This document shows positions 1-10,640 of a stretch of 53,609 nucleotides of DNA, piece after piece. The stretch comes from Acidobacteria bacterium UBA823 (GTDB lineage Bacteria; Acidobacteriota; Vicinamibacteria; Vicinamibacterales; UBA823). The notes beneath the pieces were generated by a model. The model ran no database searches, had not been told where the DNA came from, and saw only the letters and a list, made by a program, of their open reading frames with translations. Location of the stretch: NCBI GenBank assembly GCA_002296225.1, contig DBHR01000046.1:3291-56899 (forward strand), in the 5' to 3' direction. Both the position numbers and the translations under genes were made by a program. Position 1 is the stretch's first letter. Every line of letters begins with the position of its first letter.

Positions 1-507
1 CTGTTCGACGTCGACGGCGTGCTGACCGACGGTCGGGTGGGTCTACACGCCGACGGCACCGAATCGAGGCAATTCCATATTCGCGACGGTGCAGCTATCG
101 TATGGGCCCATCGTGCGGGCCTACTGACCGGCGTCATATCAGCTCGAACTTCGGTCGCTACGACAATTCGGGCTCAGCAACTCGAAATGCCGATCGTCGT
201 CCAAGGGATCGCCACAAAACTCGACGCCTACGAACGCATCCTAGCCGACCGCGGGTTGACCGACGCCGAGGTCGCTTACATGGGTGACGATTTGCTTGAT
301 CTACCGGTGCTCGTCCGCGTCGGCTTGTCCGCCGCACCGTCCGACGCCACCACCGACGTCAGGCAGCGCGTTGACTGGGTTAGCACGGTCCGAGGCGGCG
401 AAGGGGCCGCACGTGACTTGATCGAACTCGTCCTAAGAGCCCGGGAACTCTGGCCGCCGGTAACCGAACTGCCAGCCGACACCGTATCCAAACCGTTCCA
501 TGGATGA
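1..507 (+). CDS. kdsC: 3-deoxy-D-manno-octulosonate 8-phosphate phosphatase (HAD, KdsC/YrbI family), 5' partial
   Basis: The frame from base 1 reads LFDVDGVLTDG (HAD motif I). Later F-x-I-R-D-G and AYMGDDLLDLP (motif IV) and the C-terminal GGEGAARD are KdsC hallmarks. Confidence 0.9.
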   Translation: MFDVDGVLTDGRVGLHADGTESRQFHIRDGAAIVWAHRAGLLTGVISARTSVATTIRAQQLEMPIVVQGIATKLDAYERILADRGLTDAEVAYMGDDLLDLPVLVRVGLSAAPSDATTDVRQRVDWVSTVRGGEGAARDLIELVLRARELWPPVTELPADTVSKPFHG

Positions 508-1726
508 GGCCGCGTTCGTCGGTGCCCTCGTTGCGCTTCTTGTGGGCCTAGTTGTCGGCAAGGCTTGGGAACGCTATAAGCTCCGCGGCGGCCGCTGGAT
601 CGACCGTCGCAAGGCTCGGGAGTCACCCCACTACATCCTTGGCCTCAATTTCTTGGTGTCGAACCAGATCGACCTTGCAATCGAGGAACTAAACAACGCC
701 GCCGGTCTCGACGCCGACGCACTCGAAGTCCACATGATCTTAGGTAACCTGTGTCGAGAAAAGGGCCAAGTCGGGCGGGCGATCCAGGTTCATCAAAACC
801 TGCTGCAACAGTCGGAACTGAGTAGGATTGAACACGCCTACGTGCTCCTCTGCCTCGGGCTCGACTTTAGGCGTGGCGGTTTCGTCGACCGGGCCCTAGA
901 AACGTTTAACGAAGTGCTCCGGCTCGACCCGGACAACCGCTACGCCTTACTCAACCTCGAAAAGCTCCACGAAGAGCAGCGTCAGTGGACCGAGGCTTAC
1001 GCCATCCGCCAGCGCACGATGGCGCGTGCCGAGCCCGACGCGCAGGACGGCCATCGCACGATCCTCGCATTCCTCGAAACTGAAATCGGCCGAGAGGCGC
1101 AGCGCCATTCCGATTCCACCCAAGCCATCTCTCGGTATGAGGCAGCCATCGAACTCGACGACGGCACGGTGCCAGCCTACCTGAACCTAGGTGATGTGCA
1201 CCTAGCGGCAGGCGACACGAAGGGCGCCATCTCGGCGTGGGAACGCATTATCGACATGGCACCCGAACGCGCCTACTTGGCATTCGAGCGGCTCGCCGAC
1301 GCCTACCCGAAGTCCGGTGCTCCCAAGAAGTTCACGGACCTATGCCATCGTTTGATCAACGAAAATCCACTCGACTGGCGCGCGCGCCAAGCCCTCGGCA
1401 GCCATCTCGCCGAGAAGGGCGCGCTCCGCGAAGCGCTCGAACTCCTCCTTGAGGCACTCATACACAACCCCCATGCCCTATCGATTCATCAATCAATCTG
1501 GCACGTGTTGACCGAACTCGGCCTCGAAGCGCGGCTCGTCAAGCGATATATCGAATTAACCAAGGGCGCAGTCTTCTACCTCGATCCACACATCTGCATG
1601 CACTGCAGATATCGAAGCACGGAGCTGCTATGGCAGTGTCCACAGTGCCACGAGTGGAACACATTCCTCGAAGAACGGATCGCGCCGGCTAAGGAGGCGA
1701 CTGAACCGCTCGCTGACCGCGTATGA
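500..1726 (+). CDS. lapB: LPS assembly protein B-like (N-terminal TM, TPR repeats, C-terminal rubredoxin knuckle)
   Basis: N-terminal TM; YILGLNFL..Q.DLAI; LGNL.REKG.V.RAI..HQ; C-terminal CMHC...WQCPQCHEWNT. Confidence 0.85.
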   Translation: MDEAAFVGALVALLVGLVVGKAWERYKLRGGRWIDRRKARESPHYILGLNFLVSNQIDLAIEELNNAAGLDADALEVHMILGNLCREKGQVGRAIQVHQNLLQQSELSRIEHAYVLLCLGLDFRRGGFVDRALETFNEVLRLDPDNRYALLNLEKLHEEQRQWTEAYAIRQRTMARAEPDAQDGHRTILAFLETEIGREAQRHSDSTQAISRYEAAIELDDGTVPAYLNLGDVHLAAGDTKGAISAWERIIDMAPERAYLAFERLADAYPKSGAPKKFTDLCHRLINENPLDWRARQALGSHLAEKGALREALELLLEALIHNPHALSIHQSIWHVLTELGLEARLVKRYIELTKGAVFYLDPHICMHCRYRSTELLWQCPQCHEWNTFLEERIAPAKEATEPLADRV

Positions 1727-1745
1727 CGTTCCCTGAAACCACGGC

Positions 1746-2348
1746 ATGCTGAAGATCGCCCTCACTGGAGGCCTGGCGACTGGAAAGAGTCACGTTCTAG
1801 CACGAGTCGGCACGCTCGGGTTGCCGACAATCGACGCGGACATCGTCGCAAGGGAGACGACTCGCCCTGGCGAGCCGGCTTGGCGTGAGGTCCATGAGCG
1901 ATTCGGCGATGCCATCTTGCAACCCGACGGATCTCTAGATCGTCAGGCGCTCGCCTCGATCGTCTTCTCCGACGAACCGGCCCGAAGAGACCTTGAGCAC
2001 ATCCTTCACCCACCTATCTATGCAACCATTGCGGCATGGCTCGACGACCTCGCGCAGGCGGGCGCCCATCGCGCTGCTGTAGCCGACATTCCGTTGCTCT
2101 ATGAAACCGGCCACGATGGCGATTTCGACAAAGTCGTCGTCGTCGCATGCGCGCCAGACACGCAGCTACGACGCGTCATGGCGCGTGACGGCCTCGACAA
2201 ACCGGAAGCCCAACGGCGAATAGCGACTCAGCTCCCACTAACGCAAAAGGCGGCACGAGCCGACATCGTGATTTCGACGGAGGGAACGCTGCAGCGAACT
2301 AACACGCAAGTCGATCGACTCGTGCGAGAGATGAGCCAAGCAACGTAG
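1746..2348 (+). CDS. coaE: dephospho-CoA kinase
   Basis: IALTGGLATGKS P-loop, DAD, LDRQAL..IVF, IPLLYE, R.MARDG. Confidence 0.95.
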   Translation: MLKIALTGGLATGKSHVLARVGTLGLPTIDADIVARETTRPGEPAWREVHERFGDAILQPDGSLDRQALASIVFSDEPARRDLEHILHPPIYATIAAWLDDLAQAGAHRAAVADIPLLYETGHDGDFDKVVVVACAPDTQLRRVMARDGLDKPEAQRRIATQLPLTQKAARADIVISTEGTLQRTNTQVDRLVREMSQAT

Positions 2349-2356
2349 CCGCAGAG

Positions 2357-3292
2357 TCAGACGGCGGCTTCCAGACGCTTCTCGGCCGCGCGGACGGTAT
2401 TCACCATCAGCATCGCAACAGTCATTGGACCAACGCCGCCGGGCACCGGCGTCAGCGCCCCGGCCGTTTCGGCAACAGCTGGGTGCACGTCCCCGATCAG
2501 TAAAGACCCACGCCGCGCGAACGTCTCCAACCGGGGCGAGCCCACCGGCAACAGAGCCCGCACGATGCTCGAATCTACCAAGCGATTGATTCCTACATCA
2601 ATGACCGTAGCGCCAGGCTTGACAAACTCTGGCGTCACAAAGGCCGGCCGACCCAGCGCCGCGACGAGGATATCGGCGTCTCTAGCCAGCGCGGGTAGAT
2701 CGCGCGTCCGCGAGTGACAGACCGTGACCGTCGCATGGCGATGAAGCAACATCAGGGCAACCGGCTTGCCGACAATTTGACTGCGACCGATCACAACTGC
2801 ACGCCGGCCCTCAAGATTTATACAGCTTCTATCAAGGAGTTCGAGGATGGCCGAAGGCGTGCAAGGGGCGAACAGGGCCCTCCCCTGCGCCAAGCGGCCG
2901 ACGTTGGTCGGATGAAAGCCGTCGACATCCTTCGCTGGATCAATCACCTCGAAGAGTCTTTGTTCAGCGATGGGCCCGAGGGAACTGGGCAAGGGCGACT
3001 GCACCAAGATGCCGTCGTGGGCCGCGCTGCAGTTAAACCGGTGCACGACGTCCTGAGCCGCATCGAGTGTGATTGTCGCCGGCAATCGAACCACGTCAAC
3101 ATTCACCCCCAGCGCATCACCGACCCGCGACTTAGTGTTGACATACACCTGCGACGCCGGATTGTCCCCGACGAGCAGGATTCCCAGCGTCGGCGGTCGC
3201 TGTGCTTGCTGCGTGCAGTTCTCGACGCGCGAAGTGAGTTCCGCCCGAATGTCGGCCGCGATGCGCGTGCCGTCGAGGAGTCGTGCTGCCAT
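2357..3292 (-). CDS. folD: bifunctional methylenetetrahydrofolate dehydrogenase/cyclohydrolase
   Basis: GILVQSPLP, KDVDGFHP, PCTP, GRSQIVGKP, TPVPGGVGPMT. Start moved to the ATG at 3292 (MAARLLDG). Confidence 0.95.
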   Translation of the reverse strand: MAARLLDGTRIAADIRAELTSRVENCTQQAQRPPTLGILLVGDNPASQVYVNTKSRVGDALGVNVDVVRLPATITLDAAQDVVHRFNCSAAHDGILVQSPLPSSLGPIAEQRLFEVIDPAKDVDGFHPTNVGRLAQGRALFAPCTPSAILELLDRSCINLEGRRAVVIGRSQIVGKPVALMLLHRHATVTVCHSRTRDLPALARDADILVAALGRPAFVTPEFVKPGATVIDVGINRLVDSSIVRALLPVGSPRLETFARRGSLLIGDVHPAVAETAGALTPVPGGVGPMTVAMLMVNTVRAAEKRLEAAV

Positions 3293-3489
3293 ATCGTGAC
3301 AGGTGCGATTTGGGCGCAACCGCCGCTCGGGCCCCGCCCGAAGGCCCAGGGATCGAGACGAGTGTATTCTAGCAACCTCTACTCTGGTCACCACCACGAC
3401 GAAGCAAGGTGCGGCTTTGGAACTGCCTGCAATTTCAGTAGAATGCCGCCGTTCTTAGTGTATGTCGGAACATCCGACTAGAAACGTCG

Positions 3490-4857
3490 ATGGCAATGAG
3501 TGATCGCGGCACCTGGGGGTCCCGGTTCGGCTTTGTGCTGGCTGCGTCGGGCTCGGCTGTCGGGCTCGGGAACATCTGGGGATTCCCGACAAAGGTCGGA
3601 CAGAACGGCGGTGGCGCCTTCGTATTGGTCTATCTGGCGTGCGTGATATTTATCTGCCTCCCCATCCTGATTGCCGAACTAGCGATCGGTCGGCGCACCA
3701 GTAGTGACCCTGTCGGCGCGTACTCGAAGCTTCGCCCGGGCACACGATGGTGGATGGCGGGTGGGCTCGGTGTAGCAGCCGGATTTGGTGTTCTATCGTT
3801 CTACTCCGTCATCGCCGGCTGGGCACTCGCCTACATCTGGTTCACCGCGATTGGCACAGTCAGTAGCGACGCACTCGAAAGCGCCGCATTCTTCACCGAA
3901 TTTACAGGTCGTGCACCGATCAACTTGTTGCTAACCTTCGTCATGCTTGCGTCCACAGCCGGCGTACTGCTCGGAGGTATCCGTTCTGGTATCGAGCGCG
4001 TCTCGAAGCTGCTGATGCCAGTGCTGGCTCTTCTGCTGATTATACTGGCCATTCGTGCAGTAACGCTGCCAGGCGCTGCCGAAGGCCTCGCGTATTACCT
4101 GAAGCCAGATTTCAGTAAGGCGCTGAACTTCGGCACTCTAAACGCTGCACTGGGTCAAGCGTTCTTTTCATTAAGTCTCGGTCTCGGGACCATGCTGGTC
4201 TACGGAAGCTACCTAACCAAACGTGAGGGTATCGCCAGGGCGGCGATCATGGTGGTAGCCGTGGATACCTCCCTTGCGCTACTCGCCGGTTTCATGATCT
4301 TCCCATCGGGGTTTTCAATTCCTGGATTCGACCCGAGTGCTACGGGTCCTGGACTCATTTTTATAGTGCTGCCACAACTATTTGCCACCCTCCCGGGTGG
4401 ACAGTTTTTCGGGGCGACGTTCTTCATCTTGCTCACGGTGGCCGCGCTGACTTCAGCGATCTCACTCCTTGAAGTGCCCGTGGCTCACCTCATCGATAGC
4501 CACGGTTGGAAGCGTACCCGCGCGGTTCTCATCGTGATGATAGCGACTTTCGCACTGGCCATCCCGTCAGCACTGGCTAATGGCGCGTCTGACTTCTTCA
4601 CTCACCTGCCAGTCATCGGCCTCGATTTCCTGACAGTCATGATTACCGTCTGGAACGATTTCGCCCTCCCGATGGGAGGACTTTTCACCGCAGTATTCGT
4701 TGGCTACGTCTGGCGAATCGACAACGCGCTCGAGGAGCTGCTGGCCGAACAGGCGTGGTTCCCTGGCCGTCAGCTCTGGGGCATGCTGATCCGTTACGCT
4801 TGCCCAGCAGCGATTTTCCTTATCATCTTTGGAACCTTGCGAGGCATGATCACCTGA
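3490..4857 (+). CDS. sodium-dependent transporter, NSS/SNF (LeuT-like) family
   Basis: W.SRFGFVLAASGSAVGLGNIWGFP, NGGGAF, GQAFFSLSLG, GPGLIF; about 11 TM segments. Confidence 0.93.
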   Translation: MAMSDRGTWGSRFGFVLAASGSAVGLGNIWGFPTKVGQNGGGAFVLVYLACVIFICLPILIAELAIGRRTSSDPVGAYSKLRPGTRWWMAGGLGVAAGFGVLSFYSVIAGWALAYIWFTAIGTVSSDALESAAFFTEFTGRAPINLLLTFVMLASTAGVLLGGIRSGIERVSKLLMPVLALLLIILAIRAVTLPGAAEGLAYYLKPDFSKALNFGTLNAALGQAFFSLSLGLGTMLVYGSYLTKREGIARAAIMVVAVDTSLALLAGFMIFPSGFSIPGFDPSATGPGLIFIVLPQLFATLPGGQFFGATFFILLTVAALTSAISLLEVPVAHLIDSHGWKRTRAVLIVMIATFALAIPSALANGASDFFTHLPVIGLDFLTVMITVWNDFALPMGGLFTAVFVGYVWRIDNALEELLAEQAWFPGRQLWGMLIRYACPAAIFLIIFGTLRGMIT

Positions 4858-4897
4858 TGCCGGTCGCGAATGTCCGCGTCGACTCAAGGAGCACCGA

Positions 4898-6292
4898 ATG
4901 GAAGAACTGACAAACCAAATCCTAGCGGTCGACAGCTTCGTGTGGCAGCCCTATCTGATGCCGCTGATTCTCTTGCTCACTGGCGGCCTCATCACAGTCA
5001 GGACCGGGCTGGTACAGGTCAGGCGCTTTCCACTCGCCGTCCGCATGGTATTCGCCAGCGCGTTCAAGAAGAGCACCGCGCAAGACGGCACCATCACGCC
5101 GTTTCAAGCGCTGTCGACGGCCCTCGCCTCGACCGTCGGTAATGGCAACATCGGCGGCGTCGCAACCGCCATCCTCATCGGCGGACCGGGGGCAATCTTC
5201 TGGATGTGGGTCTGCGCAGCGGTCGGGATGGCCACGAAATACGCTGAGGCGCTGCTTGGCGTCCACTTCCGCGTGACCCGCGAGACGGGCGAACTGGCGG
5301 CCGGACCCATGTACTACATCACCGGTGGAATCCCATATCCTTCGCTTGCCAAGCCACTAGCGCACGCCTTCGCGTTCTTCGGCGCCGTGGCCTGTTTACT
5401 TGGCACGGGCAACATGGCCCAGTCGAACACCGTCGCACGGACGTTTGTGGAAGCGGCGCAAACGATCTTTGACCTCGACGTACCCCTTTGGTTCCCGGGC
5501 ATCCTGATCACGGTCGTCGTTGGACTTGTGCTCCTCGGTGGCATAAAGCGAATCGCGGCTGTTGCCGAGAGGCTCGTGCCATCAATGATCGTGCTCTACC
5601 TCGTGACGGCAATAATCTACATCCTGCTGAACGTGACCGAAGTGCCGGCGATGTTTGCACTGATCATCTCCCAAGCCTTCTCACCGTCAGCCGCAGTAGG
5701 TGGCTTCGTCGGCGCATCGGTCGCCCAGGCGGTAGCCGCCGGAGTCAGCCGCGGCGTACTCTCGAACGAGGCCGGCCTCGGCAGCGCTCCAATCGCACAT
5801 GGGATCGCCAATGTCAAACATCCTGCGGAACAAGGTGTGGTCGGAATCTTCGAGGTCTTCGTGGACACAATACTCGTCTGCTCGATGACCGCATTCATCA
5901 TCCTCTCATCTGGGCTTTGGACCGACCCGAGCTACCAGGCCTCGAGCGGCGACCTGACCGCTGCCGCCTTAAGCACCAGTATCCCGTTCGCGTCACTGAT
6001 CGTCGCGGTGTGCTCATTCCTATTCGGGTTCTCAACCCTCATTGGCTGGTGCTACTACGGTGAAAAGTGCTTCGAGTTCCTGTTTGGCTCGAACAAGGTC
6101 GTGTTCTACCGGGTGCTCTTTACGGCACTGGTGATGCTCGGCTCAGTCATCTCGGTGCCGATGGTTTGGGCCATCGGCACGCTGCTGAACGGCTTCATGG
6201 CGTTTCCGAATCTCATCGGCCTGATGTTCCTCGTCGGGACCGTCAAGAAGTTAACGCAGGAGTACTTCGAAAGCGGAAACGAAAATACTTAG
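4898..6292 (+). CDS. alanine/glycine:cation symporter (AGCS/AlsT family)
   Basis: TPFQALSTALASTVGNGNI.GVATAI..GGPGAIFWMW, GPMYYI, SNEAGLGSAPIAH, FVDT..VCSMT. Confidence 0.93.
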   Translation: MEELTNQILAVDSFVWQPYLMPLILLLTGGLITVRTGLVQVRRFPLAVRMVFASAFKKSTAQDGTITPFQALSTALASTVGNGNIGGVATAILIGGPGAIFWMWVCAAVGMATKYAEALLGVHFRVTRETGELAAGPMYYITGGIPYPSLAKPLAHAFAFFGAVACLLGTGNMAQSNTVARTFVEAAQTIFDLDVPLWFPGILITVVVGLVLLGGIKRIAAVAERLVPSMIVLYLVTAIIYILLNVTEVPAMFALIISQAFSPSAAVGGFVGASVAQAVAAGVSRGVLSNEAGLGSAPIAHGIANVKHPAEQGVVGIFEVFVDTILVCSMTAFIILSSGLWTDPSYQASSGDLTAAALSTSIPFASLIVAVCSFLFGFSTLIGWCYYGEKCFEFLFGSNKVVFYRVLFTALVMLGSVISVPMVWAIGTLLNGFMAFPNLIGLMFLVGTVKKLTQEYFESGNENT

Positions 6293-6308
6293 GCTCCGGG
6301 CGCGGCGT

Positions 6309-6962
6309 TCAACGACTGAGGACCGCTAGGAATTCCGCTACGCGGCGTTCCGGGTTGCCCCCGGTTAATAAATCTGAGATCACGGCGACTGATGTTGCAC
6401 CAGCATCGATGACGTCGCGGGCCCGTTCCACAGTGATGCCGCCAATTCCAATGACCGGCAAGCCCTCGGCACGCGCGGCGGCTTGCGCGATGAGTTCTAG
6501 CCCTACCACCGCATCGGGAGCCATCTTACTGTGTGTCTCAAAGACCGGGCCAACCGCGACGTAGGAGATCGGCTCGGAGAGGGCGACCTCGAGTTGTCGT
6601 TGGGTGTGGATTGAGAGACCTATCAGCGCGTCCGATCCCATGATCCGCCGCGCGGCGTCCACCGGTAGGTCGTCCTGCCCCAAGTGCAGCCCGCCCGCGC
6701 CGGATAACTGAGCGAGATCAGCCCGGTCGTTGACTATGATGGTCGCCCCATAGCGGGTTCCCAAACTGACGATCGCATCAGCCCAGACTATGGCGTCGCC
6801 ACTCGTGGCCGACTTAGCACGCAACTGCACGAGGCGCGCGCCACCGCGCATCAAGGCCTCGGCAAACTTCGGCACTTTCCACCCGTGGTGGACCAATAGG
6901 TCGGCATCAACGATTGCGTAAAGCGGAGGCAGGGGCGCCGGACGGATTGAAACCGGAGACAT
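6309..6962 (-). CDS. thiE: thiamine phosphate synthase (paralog 1)
   Basis: VQLRAK, IIVNDRADLA, GLHLGQDDL, IGLSIH, YVAVGPVFET.SK, IGIGGI. An alternative TTG start lies at 6968. Confidence 0.88.
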   Translation of the reverse strand: MSPVSIRPAPLPPLYAIVDADLLVHHGWKVPKFAEALMRGGARLVQLRAKSATSGDAIVWADAIVSLGTRYGATIIVNDRADLAQLSGAGGLHLGQDDLPVDAARRIMGSDALIGLSIHTQRQLEVALSEPISYVAVGPVFETHSKMAPDAVVGLELIAQAAARAEGLPVIGIGGITVERARDVIDAGATSVAVISDLLTGGNPERRVAEFLAVLSR

Positions 6963-6998
6963 AGGCAAGGCGCGCGTAGAAGCACGCTGCCGATTAGG

Positions 6999-8369
6999 CT
7001 AAACTGCCTTGGCCAAGCGCTTACGTTGCCACTCGGCCTGAAAACGTTCCATGAACGTAGTGTCGAACTCTCCGGCAATGAACGCCGGGTCCTTTAGAAT
7101 CGCTTGATGGAGGGGGATCGTCGTTTCGATCCCCTCGATCACAGCCATGTCGAGCGCCCGACGCATGCGCGCGATCGCCTCACTACGGTCGCGTCCGTGC
7201 GCAATCACCTTGGCCACAAGCGAATCGTAGAACGGCGACACGGTGCAACCGGCATGCGCGTAAGTATCTAGCCGAATGCCGGGCCCGCCTAGCACGTTGA
7301 ACGTATCAATCACCCCTGGCGATGGCACGAATGTGTTGGGGTTCTCAGCATTAACCCGGCATTCGATTGCGTGACCACGCTGTTTCACCCCTCGCTGCTT
7401 AAAAGCTAGTCGCTCGCCAGCAGCGATCCGAATCTGCTCCTTGACGATGTCAATACCCGTAATCATTTCCGTCACCGGATGTTCGACCTGCAGACGCGCA
7501 TTGGCTTCGATAAAGTAGAAATTGCGCTTGTGGTCCATAAGAAACTCGAAAGTCCCGGCATTGCGGTACTGCACCGCCTTGGCAGCATCTATGACCGTTT
7601 TCCCGATCTTCCTGCGTAACCGATCGGTCAGCGCAACCGACGGCGCCTCTTCGATGAGCTTCTGGTGACGCCGTTGGATTGAGCACTCACGCTCTCCTAG
7701 GTGGACGACTCCGCCGTGCTCATCGGCAAGCACCTGAACTTCGATATGCCGCGACGCTTCAATAAATTTTTCGAGGTACACGTCACGGATTCCAAAAGCC
7801 GTTTCGGCCTCGTGCCGAGCGGTGCGAAACGCAACTTCCAGTTCTTGGAACGAGCGCACCACGCGTAGGCCTCGGCCACCTCCACCGGCCGTCGCCTTGA
7901 AGATGAGGGGAAAGCCAAGATCTCTCGCGATCGCGATGGCCTGCTCAAAGCTATCCACCGGCCCATCACTGCCTGCCAAGACCTTTACACCGGCCTTTTT
8001 CATCGCCCGACGCGCTCTAGCCTTATCGCCCATCAGGCGCATCACGGTCGGGTCGGGTCCAATGAACTTGATATCGCAGGCCTCACAGACCTCGGCGAGA
8101 TACGCGCTCTCCGAGAGAAAGCCGTATCCTGGATGTAGCGCGTCCACGCCGGTTATTTCAGCCGCACTGATAACCGCCGGTACGTTCAAATAGCTGTCGA
8201 TGCTTCGCCCGGGGCCGATACAGACTGCCTCGTCGGCAAATCCAACGTGGAGGGCATCTTCGTCCGGGGAAGAGTAAACCGCCACCGTGTGAATACCGAG
8301 CTCACGACAGGCGTGGATAACACGAAGTGCGATCTCGCCACGATTGGCGATCAGGATCTTTTTGAACAT
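6999..8369 (-). CDS. accC: acetyl-CoA carboxylase biotin carboxylase subunit
   Basis: [53 protein letters not shown]. Confidence 0.97.
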   Translation of the reverse strand: MFKKILIANRGEIALRVIHACRELGIHTVAVYSSPDEDALHVGFADEAVCIGPGRSIDSYLNVPAVISAAEITGVDALHPGYGFLSESAYLAEVCEACDIKFIGPDPTVMRLMGDKARARRAMKKAGVKVLAGSDGPVDSFEQAIAIARDLGFPLIFKATAGGGGRGLRVVRSFQELEVAFRTARHEAETAFGIRDVYLEKFIEASRHIEVQVLADEHGGVVHLGERECSIQRRHQKLIEEAPSVALTDRLRRKIGKTVIDAAKAVQYRNAGTFEFLMDHKRNFYFIEANARLQVEHPVTEMITGIDIVKEQIRIAAGERLAFKQRGVKQRGHAIECRVNAENPNTFVPSPGVIDTFNVLGGPGIRLDTYAHAGCTVSPFYDSLVAKVIAHGRDRSEAIARMRRALDMAVIEGIETTIPLHQAILKDPAFIAGEFDTTFMERFQAEWQRKRLAKAV

Positions 8370-8411
8370 GAATCAATAAAGACGCCACGTCGCGCCTCAG
8401 CCTCTAACCGG

Positions 8412-8867
8412 CTAAGGACGAATGGCAAAGAGCTGGTCACCGTACTGCACGGGCTGACCGTTTTCGACGAAAATCGTGACGACCTCGCCATCGACCTCAG
8501 AATCGATTTCGTTCATCAACTTCATCGCCTCAATAATGCACAAGACCTGACCCCGCCCCACCGTGTCGCCAGCCTCTACAAACGGTTTAGCCTTAGGGTC
8601 GGGCGCACGAAAGAACGTTCCGACGATCGGCGATTTAATCACCACCAGCTTGGAAGTATCATCCGTATCGGCTTCGGCCACTGGTTTCAGCGGCTCAGCC
8701 ACGGTTGACGCGAGCTCCGGAACTGGCACGGGGCTCACACTGGCCTGCGGAGACAAATCCGCTCGCTTAATCCGGAGCCGGATGCCTTCCTGCTCGACCT
8801 CCAACTCTAGAAGGCTATGTTCTTCGGCGAGTTCAAGAACCCGCCTAATCTCATCAAGGTTCATCAT
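8412..8867 (-). CDS. accB: biotin carboxyl carrier protein
   Basis: SPIVGTFFRAP, EAMKLMNEI biotinylation motif; directly upstream of accC. Confidence 0.96.
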   Translation of the reverse strand: MMNLDEIRRVLELAEEHSLLELEVEQEGIRLRIKRADLSPQASVSPVPVPELASTVAEPLKPVAEADTDDTSKLVVIKSPIVGTFFRAPDPKAKPFVEAGDTVGRGQVLCIIEAMKLMNEIDSEVDGEVVTIFVENGQPVQYGDQLFAIRP

Positions 8868-9121
8868 GTGCAACTCTTCACACTACAACACGGCAGGCGC
8901 GGTCGTCAGAACCCGATCGTCCCCCAGCAAGACCTACGTTAGACACGCCTCATCGCGCTCATTCGACGTGCTAAGTTTTCTGATGATACTAGACGCACGT
9001 CTCCACTGGTCAAGCAGGGGCGCGGAAATGATTGAACGCTGTGCCAATATGAGCAAATTCCGGCACCTGCGGAACATCAGGCCCTGTGGTGTACGTATTC
9101 GGGGGCGACGCCGGCTTGGAC

Positions 9122-10291
9122 TCACAACTGCACCCACAGCTCCCGGCCTACGTCCGTGAGCAATTCATAACCATCATCGGTCACAAGGACGTCATCTTCA
9201 ATACGAACCCCGCCGCAATCTGGCTCGTAGGCTCCGGGTTCAACGGTAAACACCATGCCGGAGGATAGCAGTCCGTCGGAACCCAGCGCTGCGGCATGCT
9301 CCCGGTCGGTTTCGCGCCTGCCGATCCGTGGCTCTTCGTGAATCTCTAAGCCGAGGCCGTGTCCGGTTCCATGCCCGAAGGCCTTACCAAGCCCATTCTC
9401 CTCCAGCACCCGCCGTGCAGCGCTATCCACATCGCTCGCCCACGCACCCGGACGAATCGTAGCCAGCGCAGCACGTTGAGCGTCGGCGACAGCGGCGTGG
9501 AGGCGGCACGCTGTCTCGCTGGGCGGACCGATCGTTGCAACGCGGCTCAGATCCACGCAGTAACCGCGGAAGACCCCACCAAAGTCCAACAAGACGATGT
9601 CCCCCTCAACCAACGCTCGATCCGTAGGCTGCGCGTGTGGGAGAGCACTGTTGGGCCCAGACGCGACGATCGTATCAAACGCTGGTCGTTCAAAGCCGGC
9701 CTTGCGCAGAGTGGCGTCGATCTCGGCTGCCACCTCACGCTCCTGACGCCCACGTCGAATGGTGCGCCGCACATTACTCGCCACTGTTGTGAGTATCCGT
9801 CCGGCAGCACGTAGAGTTGCTAGTTCGTAGTCATCCTTAAGAATTCGCACCTGCTCGACAACCCTGGTGGTCGGGACCAATGCAGGAACCGCTCGCCCGC
9901 CCGTCAATGCTTGTTCGAGCGCAGCGGACAAGGAACTATGGGTTCGCACGGTCATCCGCGCAGCCTCAAATCCCACCCGCACAACATTGGAAGAAACCAA
10001 GAGGCTTCCCAGCGTCTCCTCGTATTTGTGAATAACGGATACCAGCTCGGTCTGACGCGGTCCGTGAATCGACTCGATTAACTCCCGGGCAGCGGTGAGA
10101 TACCGGCCGTCAGTGACTAGATAGCAGACGTTCCCCGACACCAATAGGGAGGCCGACGTGCCTTGAAAGTTTGTGAGGTAACGGATGTTCGGGCCGTGGG
10201 TGACGAGAAGAGCGTCAAGATTTTCTTCGTCAAGCCGTCGGCGGACCCGTTCAAGGCGTCTCCAAAGGTGTTGCGAAGACGGCTGCTCCAT
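9122..10291 (-). CDS. Xaa-Pro peptidase (M24B, PepP/PepQ-like, creatinase N-terminal domain)
   Basis: NIRYLTNF, TDGRY, IVASGPNSALPHA, LDFG...GYCVDLSR, HGTGHGLGLEIHE, TVEPG, GVRIEDD. The likely start is the ATG at 10291 (MEQPS), not 10540. Confidence 0.92.
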   Translation of the reverse strand: MEQPSSQHLWRRLERVRRRLDEENLDALLVTHGPNIRYLTNFQGTSASLLVSGNVCYLVTDGRYLTAARELIESIHGPRQTELVSVIHKYEETLGSLLVSSNVVRVGFEAARMTVRTHSSLSAALEQALTGGRAVPALVPTTRVVEQVRILKDDYELATLRAAGRILTTVASNVRRTIRRGRQEREVAAEIDATLRKAGFERPAFDTIVASGPNSALPHAQPTDRALVEGDIVLLDFGGVFRGYCVDLSRVATIGPPSETACRLHAAVADAQRAALATIRPGAWASDVDSAARRVLEENGLGKAFGHGTGHGLGLEIHEEPRIGRRETDREHAAALGSDGLLSSGMVFTVEPGAYEPDCGGVRIEDDVLVTDDGYELLTDVGRELWVQL

Positions 10292-10576
10292 ATCCAGTCT
10301 CGCGAGGTGCTCGGCCCAACGCCGACTTCCGGTTGCGGGCGTACCCGCAATTAGACCACGCGCCTGGGCTTTATCGGCTGCTTGGCCGAACCTGGCCAGT
10401 GCAGGATCATCCGGACGCTCGCTCTCTACAGAACCACGTGCGCAAATTGCACGCCTCACCAAACCTGGCAAACCTCGGCACGGCCTCGATTTCTCACTGA
10501 GGAACGACTCGGTTCGTAACTCTGTTCCCACTGGCGCCAAAGCGATGCCAAGTGCCCGCTTAGACCGGTCGGTTCC

Positions 10577-10605
10577 TTGACACCACCCCTAATCGTCCGT
10601 ATTAT
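10577..10605 (+). promoter_or_regulatory. sigma70 promoter of the rplM-rpsI-rpsB-tsf operon
   Basis: TTGACA (10577-10582), 17-nt spacer, TATTAT (10600-10605), 35 nt before the rplM start. Confidence 0.8.
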
Positions 10606-10640
10606 CTTGGTTTGCGGCTACGCGGAAGGTGTAGAGAGAG

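Noticed and set aside
3293-3489. Riboswitch (ZTP, THF or glycine) upstream of folD or the transporters
   Set aside because: Only short hairpins were seen; no conserved aptamer nucleotides were recognised on either strand.
8874-9121. efp remnant or sigma54 promoter between the peptidase and accB
   Set aside because: No EF-P-like translation was recognised, and the minus-strand TGGCAC lacks the GC at -12.
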